DNA of 63,348 nt, the filler included, from Stramenopiles sp. TOSAG23-3 (lineage: Eukaryota), in assembly GCA_900128585.1 (NCBI GenBank). It is 8 parts of 8 records of this genome, joined end to end, with 100 filler letters (N's around TTAATTAATTAA, not from the genome) between each part and the next. Parts side by side here need not be neighbours in the genome. Positions count along the whole stretch, not along the records: positions 1 to 13,867 come from LT642602.1; positions 13,968 to 27,832 come from LT642603.1; 6 more parts are not named here. The stretch is one strand, 5' to 3'. The position numbers and the translations under genes were made by a program. The notes beneath the pieces are model-generated. The model saw nothing but the letters and a program-made list of their open reading frames with translations. It did no database searches and was not told where the DNA came from. Positions 10,072 to 19,300 of this stretch are shown here, piece by piece (the first letter of the stretch is position 1; each line of letters opens with the position of its first letter).

Positions 10072-11610
10072 TCACAGGACTTCCATCCGTATTCCATCCA
10101 TCGATTCCATGTCCCAAATCTTTATGCTACCGTAACGGTGATGGTTGCCCGTGCTCGGGTCCGTATGGCCCAACGTGAACGCACACGCGAGCTGGTGCGC
10201 GTTGTACTGCATCGCGCTGACGCGGCTCGTCGTGCGCTCGACGTCGTGCGAGGGCGCAAACTTGCAGAGCAATCTGCAGCGGTTGGGGTCGCTGTGCCAG
10301 CGTCGAAAATCGAACGCTTGGATCATTGCTTCGTCGCCCCCGGTGATAAGCTTTCGCATGTCGGGGTCGAACTGAAGCCTTCGAATGGCCCGCCCCTGCT
10401 CCTTCACTACTCCTATGTGCTGGTTCGGCTGCCGCAAATCCCAAAGACGGACGGTGCGATCGTTTGACCCGCTAACGATCAAGTTCTTGCACTCGGACAT
10501 TTGAAGGCAGGACACCCGGTGGGTGTGGGCGGCGCCCGGTGTACGGTTTCCACCGAGGGCCGCCCGCTCTGCCCCTGTCGTCAAATCCCACACCCGGATC
10601 ACCCTATCGCTGCCGCCGGTGCACGCTACGGTTCCTTTGAACTCCAGGCACCGGACCGTCTGCCGGTGGCCCTCCAGCACGAGGAGGGGTTCGGCCACTT
10701 GAATCGACGGCGGCCCTGCGCCGCCAGACTTTTCCTCGTTCGACTCGCGGTACATTTGTAGGATTTCTCCGCGGTTTTGGACGCGCCTCCACAGCCGCAC
10801 GGTCTGGTCGTTCGAGCCGCTCAGCACGAACTGGCTGTTTGCATGGAGGCACACGACGGACCCACGCGGCGAGCCCCCGCTCGAGTGCTGTACCCCGGTC
10901 CCGTGCCCTTTGAATATGGACAGGCACCGTCCCGTGCCAATGTCCCATTCCCGCAATTGGCTGTCGTACGACCCGCTGACAATGCACTCCGCGTCGAACT
11001 GCAGACACTTTACCCAGCTGGTATGCCCCCGAAGCTCCCTGTCTGGCAGAAGCATTCGGTTGCCGGCGATGGTCTGCCTGCGGTTTTCCTGCAGCGACGG
11101 CTGGCCCCATACTTTAATGGTACTGTCGATGTGCCCGCTCATAAAATACCGGTGGTCGAACGCAATGGTGAGCGGGGTGTGCTCCCCCTCGTACAGGACA
11201 CGGGAATACTCGTACACAAGGGGGGTTATGCTGTAAATAGCCTGGTCCGCCGCGAAGCACTTGCTGTACAGCTGCCTCGGCGCGGTCTCGCAACTGCTCA
11301 ACAATTGCCCGTACTGCTTGCGCAGAAGAGTGGACCAAAGGCGCTCTTCTTGGGTCCATCGGGACAGGGCAAGGGACACGCACGCGGACCGACTCAGCGA
11401 AAGGTAGTCGAGGAACGAAAAAATCTTGTTCACCAGCGCGCGAATGTTCAGCACTGACCGAGTCGACACGTACATCCTGTTCACCTGAACGCACAGCGAA
11501 TGTTCCGAGCCAAGATTTGGTTCGGCGACCCCCAAACGCTCACTTGAACGAACACTTGAACGCTCACTTTCACCCTCGCGCCCGGGAGGGTAGCGGGGCA
11601 GTAAGTCCAT
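10072..11610 (-). CDS. F-box/WD40-repeat protein (FBXW7/beta-TrCP-like SCF substrate receptor)
   Basis: F-box (LVNKIFSFLDYLSLSRSACVS...LW) followed by about seven WD40 repeats (GHTSWVKCLQFD...SGSYDSQLREWD). Confidence 0.9.
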   Translation of the reverse strand: MDLLPRYPPGREGESERSSVRSSERLGVAEPNLGSEHSLCVQVNRMYVSTRSVLNIRALVNKIFSFLDYLSLSRSACVSLALSRWTQEERLWSTLLRKQYGQLLSSCETAPRQLYSKCFAADQAIYSITPLVYEYSRVLYEGEHTPLTIAFDHRYFMSGHIDSTIKVWGQPSLQENRRQTIAGNRMLLPDRELRGHTSWVKCLQFDAECIVSGSYDSQLREWDIGTGRCLSIFKGHGTGVQHSSGGSPRGSVVCLHANSQFVLSGSNDQTVRLWRRVQNRGEILQMYRESNEEKSGGAGPPSIQVAEPLLVLEGHRQTVRCLEFKGTVACTGGSDRVIRVWDLTTGAERAALGGNRTPGAAHTHRVSCLQMSECKNLIVSGSNDRTVRLWDLRQPNQHIGVVKEQGRAIRRLQFDPDMRKLITGGDEAMIQAFDFRRWHSDPNRCRLLCKFAPSHDVERTTSRVSAMQYNAHQLACAFTLGHTDPSTGNHHRYGSIKIWDMESMDGIRMEVL

Positions 11611-12281
11611 TGGTTAAAACGAACTAACGGCTAAACTAAACTACGACGATAAGACGAGGAAAGACGGTGGTCGTGAATTGTAAAAGAAACGTTGCGGTAA
11701 AGGTAAAGAACAACGGGTGGGTGATGACGAATCGAATCTTTGCAGTCAAAATATATTGTAATTTTGTCCCTTGCTATATAATTCTTATCGGACGGACGAT
11801 CGTTTTTGTTCTTCTCTTCTTCTAGAAGAAGAGAAGAACAAAAAAAACAAAAACAACAACATAAATAATAATAACAAAAAATTTTTAAAATGTTTTGTTG
11901 TAGTAGTACCAGGTACCGTACGAGGAGTACGAGGTACCTGTACCGGTATTATTATATATGTTGTAAACAAACAGTACGGCGGTATTATAGTCTAGTATTT
12001 ATAATAATGCATCATCATCATCATCATTTTTTTAATTTTTTTTTATTCCAATGTTGTTGTACTACCGTGACAGAGTACGTACGGTACCGTAGTATATTAC
12101 GTATAGTAACAAATATAATTATATTATTTTTATTCTCTATTATTTAAACAATAATGAATATTTTAATAATAGTCAGTCTTCTCTACTATCGCGTTCATCA
12201 ATGTATTATAATCATATTACCAATAGTACTTTAGAAGAGGCTGCGCAGGTTCCGACGAAGGCGGATCGACGTACAAACGTT

Positions 12282-13373
12282 TTACAATTCTCCACCTTTT
12301 GCAGACGCTTTTGGCGCTGGCTCGGTTTTCGCTGCCGCTTTCTTCCGCTTCTTCTTCCGCTTCTTCTTCCGCTTCTTCCGCTTCTTCTTCGGCGCGGTCG
12401 CGTCTTCCCCCCCTTCGGGGTTCGCCGTGGCCGGCTCGGCGGCGTCGCCGTGTTCGGCCACGGCGGCGTCGCCCTGCTCCGTGCTCCCTTTCTCCGCAGC
12501 GGCGTCCGCCTCTTTCTTCTTCGCTTCCTCCTCTTCCATCTTCTTCGCTTCGTCCTCTTCCATCTTCTTCGCGCTTTCGTCGGAGTTGCTCCCGTCCAGG
12601 CTGCCAAGTTCAGACGCATACTGCTCCTTCATGGCCCACCACACGTGCATGTTTGCAGGTGTCTTCCCTTTCAAAAATTTCGACCACTTCGTCCGGGGCC
12701 AGCGCTTCTTCAGCTCAAACGTTGCCCGGCCCACCGCGCCCATCGACCACGTGCTTTCCTCCGGGATGATTTGCCGCGGAAACGTCAGGTCCAGCTTGAA
12801 CCGCTTGTTTTTCGACTTGCTGGTAGCCTCGAAGAACAACCCAAAATCGGACAGGGTGACGTTGTCGCTCTTCACGCCCAAGGTTGCAGGGGTGTCCATT
12901 TTGTGGGCAAACTTAACGTTGACAAAAATAAAGTTAGCGTTTTGGCCCCACTGCATGGCCGGCGAGATAAAGTTCAGCTTTCCTTTCGGCTTCCTTGACA
13001 TCAAGTTCTGCATCTCGGTCACGCGCTTACGGATCGACGAGCCCGCTTTGTACACGGAGCTGGCCACTTTCACGCCCTTCGCAACGCACTCCGTGATGAT
13101 GGCTTCGGACAGTTCCCAGCGGCCCTGCTCCATAGCGTCGACGATTCCACCCTTACAATATCCCTTCTTCCACGCCCCTTCGTTCGTCTCGAAGCTTTCA
13201 TTCATTACTATGGCCTGAAACATTTCCACCGCCTCTGCCTCCGTGCACGCGCTGCTCAGCGTTGACGGCGAGGCGGCGGCGGCGCTTTGAGCCGAACGGA
13301 AAAAAACAGTCGACAGGAACAGCAAGAGCGGCGCCGCAATGGCAAGCGCTTTGGCGAAACGTCGGGGCGTCAT
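12282..13373 (-). CDS. Signal-peptide protein with CS (p23/HSP20-like) domain, charged tail and C-terminal GGEL
   Basis: Hydrophobic N-terminus; ISPAMQWGQNANFIFVNVKF...FKLDLTF...IIPEESTW...FELKK...W CS pattern; ends KGGEL. Confidence 0.72.
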   Translation of the reverse strand: MTPRRFAKALAIAAPLLLFLSTVFFRSAQSAAAASPSTLSSACTEAEAVEMFQAIVMNESFETNEGAWKKGYCKGGIVDAMEQGRWELSEAIITECVAKGVKVASSVYKAGSSIRKRVTEMQNLMSRKPKGKLNFISPAMQWGQNANFIFVNVKFAHKMDTPATLGVKSDNVTLSDFGLFFEATSKSKNKRFKLDLTFPRQIIPEESTWSMGAVGRATFELKKRWPRTKWSKFLKGKTPANMHVWWAMKEQYASELGSLDGSNSDESAKKMEEDEAKKMEEEEAKKKEADAAAEKGSTEQGDAAVAEHGDAAEPATANPEGGEDATAPKKKRKKRKKKRKKKRKKAAAKTEPAPKASAKGGEL

Positions 13374-13867
13374 TGTAGTGCGTGTGTGCGTGCCCTTTTA
13401 AACGACACGGCTGTACTGTCCTTGTGCGCGTAAATGCAGAGGGGTTAATGGCTGGCAAGTGGGAATGGGAGGGATCGATCCACGTTGCAGAGGAATGAAA
13501 TTTGTTTCTTTTATCGATAGTGTACCACCGGTCGAATGAATGAATGAATGCAGATTGGAAGTATATACAAAGAAGAACAACAGACAACACACAACAACAA
13601 ACAGAAGAAGGAAGGAGAAGGAAGGAGAAGGAAGAAGAAGGAAGGAGAAAGAAGAATTTATAATTTATACTACACACCAGTTGGTAGAACGGAACAGGTA
13701 AATAAAAAAAAAAGATAAAAAGAAGAAGAAGAAAAAGATGAAAAAAAATAGAAGAGAGGAGAAGGGTGGATGGGAGGGATGATAACTAGAAGTATAAGAC
13801 AATATGTAGTTAACTAAATAACAAAATTCCCTATATATAAAAAGTGCTGACGTGGCCTTTTCTTTTC

Positions 13868-13967
13868 NNNNNNNNNNNNNNNNNNNNNNNNNNNNNNNNN
13901 NNNNNNNNNNNTTAATTAATTAANNNNNNNNNNNNNNNNNNNNNNNNNNNNNNNNNNNNNNNNNNNN
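13868..13967. other. Artificial contig spacer (N44-TTAATTAATTAA-N44); identical spacers at 27833-27932, 41794-41893, 55727-55826, 57633-57732, 59539-59638, 61444-61543
   Basis: Identical 100-nt layout each time, with a 12-mer giving stops in all six frames. Confidence 0.99.
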
Positions 13968-14126
13968 CCATTATTATTTTTATTAATAATTTATCACCGC
14001 ACCCCCGACCCCCGAACCTCTTTGCTTTCATATGTTCGATTTTAACACTGATAAAATACAGAAATGCAGAACAGGAAACCTCGAAAGAATAAAGACAAGC
14101 GTTGATAAAGACAGCATTATTCCAGT

Positions 14127-15755
14127 ATGGTGGATATAGTGGGGTCCACGGACCAGGGTCAGCACGCCCAAACTATTTTGTCTTGGCTTGAGGCAGAGCT
14201 ACCAAGGACACTGCCAATCTATCGATCCGTGCAGTGCGAGTGTGCTGGATTTGAAAACCAGAAAGCGTTTGGGAAGAATTTAATTAACATGTTCGTTGAT
14301 GATGTAAAGTGCCCTTCGGTTATTGTTCGCTGTTCAGTCGTTGATATTTCAAAGAAACGAAAAGAGATAACCGTTTATGCGTCCTCTTATGGGTCACGGA
14401 GTTTGGCATTAATTTCAATATTCCTTCAACGGTGCTTGTCAAACAAAGGCATTGTCATGGACCCCAGCGAGGCGTTGCCTATTATGTTTCCGTGCCTTCC
14501 TAGAGACACAAAACCAACCATCGAAGAGACTTTGCTGCAGAACGGCTACAGCAGACAAAGGCCAGATGAAAATTGTCAAATGTGGGTACAAAAAGATGGG
14601 GCCAGACCACTGCCGGGCACATCGTTACCAGAGTCGTCAATTGAAATATCTATAGACGGGAGGAAAAAAAACTTTCGCATCAGGCCGCTGTCGGATGAAG
14701 ACGCGCATTTACTAGATTCCACATGGAAGTATCGTTCAGCAGATTCGATTTTAAAAATACAAAATATCATCAAGAAATACCCAACCTGTGGAATATACTT
14801 GATGTTGGAGGAGAGCGAAGAACTTGTCAGCTGGAGTGTGACGTACGAGGATGGTAGCGTCGGAATGCTCTACACCGTTGAAAAATATAGACGGAATGGT
14901 CTGGCGCGAAGCGTCACGCAGCACCTGTTAGTGCGAAGGAGGAGCTTCCAACCGGGATACGCCCCATATGCTTTCGAATATATTGTAGAAAACAATGCAC
15001 AGTCCGAGCGCCTCTCTCGATCGTTGGGATTTTTACCGATTCAGAAAGTCGACTGGGCATTTTTCCATCACTGTAAAAAGGTCGAGCATGATGCGAACAA
15101 TCCAAACTTGAAATGGGAACGTTACTTTCAAAAGGAAAGCCTGCCGTGGGATCCAGGGTGTCACGCTTCCGCATTGGAGACTATTTTGCGATTGCCTGAA
15201 AGCATTGGAGGTGTCCCTGATAGCGTAAAGGATGGAGCTGCCATCGACCTTGGCTGTGGATCGGGTCGTAACTGTTCGTACATGTGTGATTTTTTTCAGA
15301 AGGTCGTTGGTTTCGACGTCGCCGGCGGAGCACTTTGCCAGGCAAGGCAGCAGCGCCTGGAGACAACTCGCACAGTCCCCGAATTCGTAAGAGGGGATAT
15401 ATTTGACATGTCAGAGGCAACACCCTTAGCTGACCAGCTCCGCGGCAAATTCGACTTTTTGTTCGATCTGCAAGTCTTTCATGTACTCAGACACCACCCC
15501 CTGGGTGAAGCGAGGCTGATCGACTGCATGGCAGAGCTTTTGAAGCCGAAAGGCTACGCACTCGTCATAGCAGGATGGACGGGGGCGCATGCAGGTGAAA
15601 TGAGAGAGATAGGCCCACCAGTTGTCTCTAAAAGAGAAGTTCTCGCTTCGTTCTCTCGCAGATTCGACATTATTAAAATTGAAACTGGGGTGTTCGACAC
15701 AACCGAAGGGTATGAAGGTTTCCCGTGTCACATGTGCCTGTTGCGACGCAGGTAA
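14127..15755 (+). CDS. Fusion of a glycine-N-acyltransferase/FR47-like GNAT and a class I SAM-dependent methyltransferase
   Basis: GNAT motif A GMLYTVEKYRRNGLA and ENNAQSERL..SLGF; C-terminal LPWD, AIDLGCGSGRN, GFDVA, FVRGDIF, FDFLFD...FH. Confidence 0.8.
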   Translation: MVDIVGSTDQGQHAQTILSWLEAELPRTLPIYRSVQCECAGFENQKAFGKNLINMFVDDVKCPSVIVRCSVVDISKKRKEITVYASSYGSRSLALISIFLQRCLSNKGIVMDPSEALPIMFPCLPRDTKPTIEETLLQNGYSRQRPDENCQMWVQKDGARPLPGTSLPESSIEISIDGRKKNFRIRPLSDEDAHLLDSTWKYRSADSILKIQNIIKKYPTCGIYLMLEESEELVSWSVTYEDGSVGMLYTVEKYRRNGLARSVTQHLLVRRRSFQPGYAPYAFEYIVENNAQSERLSRSLGFLPIQKVDWAFFHHCKKVEHDANNPNLKWERYFQKESLPWDPGCHASALETILRLPESIGGVPDSVKDGAAIDLGCGSGRNCSYMCDFFQKVVGFDVAGGALCQARQQRLETTRTVPEFVRGDIFDMSEATPLADQLRGKFDFLFDLQVFHVLRHHPLGEARLIDCMAELLKPKGYALVIAGWTGAHAGEMREIGPPVVSKREVLASFSRRFDIIKIETGVFDTTEGYEGFPCHMCLLRRR

Positions 15756-15831
15756 GAGGTAGTCTAATGCTTTGAAAGTTAAGAGGAGGAGGAGGGTTTT
15801 ACTCTTTCTTTCTAATTTTTACTCTTCCTTT

Positions 15832-16228
15832 AAACAAAAAAATTGGCTGCAATTAACATTAATGTACTCTTTAAGAACAAAAACTTGGCTGTTATATTAA
15901 AACATACTATATATAATTTGTTTTTAAAACAAGAAAATTGGCTATTATTTAATACGAGTATAACTTTGAAAGTGAACCTGCTCCTTTGGTCCATTACCGG
16001 GTTTTCGTTCCGCCATATACTGTGAACTTATCTCTGCTCCTGAGATTTTACTAATCAATATACCCTTCTGTCACTTGGTCTTGGCTATCATTCTTACCGA
16101 GTGCTCATCTTTGAATTTATGTTAAAATGGTTCGTACTTAGTATAAGATAAGAACTCTTAATTTAAAGAAATGGAGTATCTTACATGAATTTTAATTACT
16201 TTCAAATAACAGCAAATTTTTTGTTTTT
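15832..16228. repeat. Cluster of dispersed motif copies: 15832-15854, 15876-15898, 15926-15950 (+) and 16193-16228 (opposite orientation)
   Basis: AAACAAAAAAATTGGCTG, AACAAAAACTTGGCTGTTAT, AAAACAAGAAAATTGGCTATTATTT, and reverse TAATTACTTTCAAATAACAGCAAATTTTTTGTTTTT. Confidence 0.75.
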
Positions 16229-16309
16229 AATTGTATAAAGTTCGATTAAACAATTTTTACTCATGTGCCTATCTTTCTGCCACAGACATGTTTTTTTAAG
16301 AGTGCTGAT

Positions 16310-19300
16310 TTAAGAAGCATTGCTAAGTCTTTCCAATAGTTCGACCTTTTTGCCCCCAGCAGACAACCCCTTTTTCTTACACAGTGACCGCAGCTCATTG
16401 TAAGACAGCACAGAGTAGTCCACCGCAGTTTCGGACGCCTCACCACCGGGGCCATTCAATATAGCTGCATCACAAGCTACAATGGCAGTGCCACGTTGTA
16501 GAAACTGTGTCGAGTTGGTACCACTAGACCCTTCAATACGGACCGTAGTCACCAGAGTGTGTCGATCAACATCATAGTATAGGGGGACGGGCACGGCGCT
16601 GCTGGCAGCTTCAGAATCCTTCTCCCAGGAAAATATGGCCAAAGGCAGCTTGCTCGTTGGCTCTTCAGTGAGAACTAAAACATTTCCCACGACTTTCGCG
16701 CCTTCTATTTTCAAACCATCCACGACAAACATGGATGCCTCTGAACTTGCAGGCGCAGATTCAGAAAAGGTCACTTTGAGTGCAAGGTTTCCGAGCGAAA
16801 CTTTCTCCAGATCGGCCTTGCTCTGCCGCGTGCGCATCATTTCGCTCTGAAATTTTTTCGCACCGTCGATATTCTTAGAAATGATCGTTTCTAGTTTACT
16901 TTCGGATCCAGACGATTCTTCTTCTTCTAGAAGACTTGAATCCTGTAAAACTGAAACTTTCTTCATTATTCGGTCTCCTCGGTTGGCCAAGATGATTTTT
17001 TCTGCAGATGCAGACAAACCTAGCCACGTCGGAGGATTAATGGGAGATAATTTTTCTACCCACGCAGCAAAATCTGCATGTTTCGTGCCATCAGGTGCAA
17101 GCAGCCCCTCACATAGCTGAAACCCTTTGTTAAACGATTCAGCAGTAAATAGGGTTTCCAAAAAGCTATCAAGCAGTGCCTGATCAAATTTGTTGTCAAC
17201 ACGACCGCCATAAAAGCTCTGTCCCAGAACAGTCCGAAGCGCGTCCCATGGTATTTCCTCTGGTGCAACATGCACTCTCCCATTTGCTGTTCTATCAATC
17301 CACTCATCAATTGCTTTCATTCCACATACTTGGTCCGAAGACGAAAACTCGTGCGCTTTGGACCAGCCTATTGGAACGTACTGCAAGCGCTCAAGGACGA
17401 CCGCATGAAACCACATAAGCAGAAAGTATACGCGACTCCTCTCAGCTGGCGCATGGTTCATCTGCTCTACAGACACAGACTGCAAGCTGCGCAAGAGACT
17501 AGCCTTAACTCCAGACGGTGGCTCAAACACAAAACTTTGTGACAGTAATATGAGACTTTGGGGGATATTTGGACTCACTTCCGCCGTCAAGAACAACCTG
17601 AAGGATTTAGATGGACGCAGCGAATAGAGTTGCTTTTCTAAGCGGACAACAAATTTAGGGCACAAGTGTATGTTACGAAGTAACACCCAAGACCCATCTT
17701 TTGCAGCAGTAAGCACGTACTTCTCCGCGAGGGCGAAACCATCCCCAGAGCCCATGGAAAGGGACTTGATTTTCTTGTTCTTGGCAATTTCCAAGACCTT
17801 GCCACTGGCATCGTACCCAGGAAGAGAGCACAGAAGCAGAGGAGTCTTTGCAGAGCTTTCAGTTTCTACAACGGTTGCCAAGTCGAATTCTTTGCCTCGA
17901 ACGATATTTTCGCCCATGACTTGCTCAACCCACGCTTCAGCAGCTTTTGGAAGTTCGTGAGGGCAGTCTCTCCTCGCTGTCATCATCTCAAGAAACAATT
18001 TATCCTCACAATCTTCGGTCGGAGCTGCCCCAGAATTTAACAAAAGGTCAAACAAGTCTTCGTCAGGATTGCTAACAATTTGAGCTACTCGCACGGCAAG
18101 GGTCAGCTTGTCCTCACTTAACATTCCGCGAGACGTATTTGAGTAGGTCTTCTTTAGTATTTCAAGCATTAGGTTCTCATGGCCCCTGACTGCTAAAACG
18201 CTGTCTAACCCCCCCAAGAAGAACATTAGTGAAAATTGATAAAGGTGATGTATTTTCCCGAGCGCTTCTATTGAGAAATACAAAGTGCTGCAAGCGTTCG
18301 CGACAGGCTGATAAAATGAACTGACTTCGTTTACCGACGTCATGACTTCTGCCGCATTCGCTGACTTCTCGCCTATTTCTCTCGCTTCGGTTTTCAAAAT
18401 TTCAAGCGCTGATATTACTTTGTCATCATCTAGAATAGTTCCTTCCACGCTCGCTATTTTCTGTAGTAAGATGCTTTCAAGTTCTCGAAGCCTTGCCTGG
18501 TATTCGCCTTGCAACTTCAAAAGATCTGAGCGTTGCTTGTCGATGTCTGGCCTCTCAGCTTTTAAAACTTTGCCTAGGCATTGACTTTCCAAACTGGCAG
18601 GAGTCACCGTGAAGTTGACAAAGGTCACACGGCTACTTACATCGGGGGAAAACTTGAAAAAAGGATCTCTTGTTGTCATGTACATCAAAAACGACGGCGA
18701 AAAGTCAATTTCTTGGTCACCCAGCCGGACAAGGGTACGTCCACCTGTCTTCTGAAACTCCCGGTTTAGCACAGGATTCAATACTGGGTCAATATTTTCA
18801 ACATCTTGAACCATCAAGGCAGTGCCAAATCGAAGGGCACTTTCTAATTGCTTCATGAATGCGGCATCGAGAAAAGAGGTTGTCTTGATTTTTCTGTCGC
18901 TATTTTGGCGAAGTAGGAACTCCGAGGCTTGTCCTGAAGGATCGATAATAAGAGGATATCGGTCGAATCTTTGCAATATAATGCCATTTTCAACGGACAA
19001 GGAATCATCAGGAAGGCCGTTCGCTTTCCATGTCAGACGTTCGCTGCCCTTTGACAGGTATTCAGTGAGTTCAATATTTTCTTTGACGGCAATCCCCGAA
19101 TCTTCCAGTTGATCTCCCCAGAATTGCATCAAGTTTGTGCGCTTGCGGTGATCAAAAAAACCAGAGTAAACACAGAAGGCACTTGCCAACAGCACATCTC
19201 CTACAAGAGTAGACATCTGCGTTTGAAACGTTGTACTGCCGTCTTCCCATCGGTCCTGCTCTTCCGAAAGGCTTTTGAGTAAAGTTTCAGCTCTGTCGCA

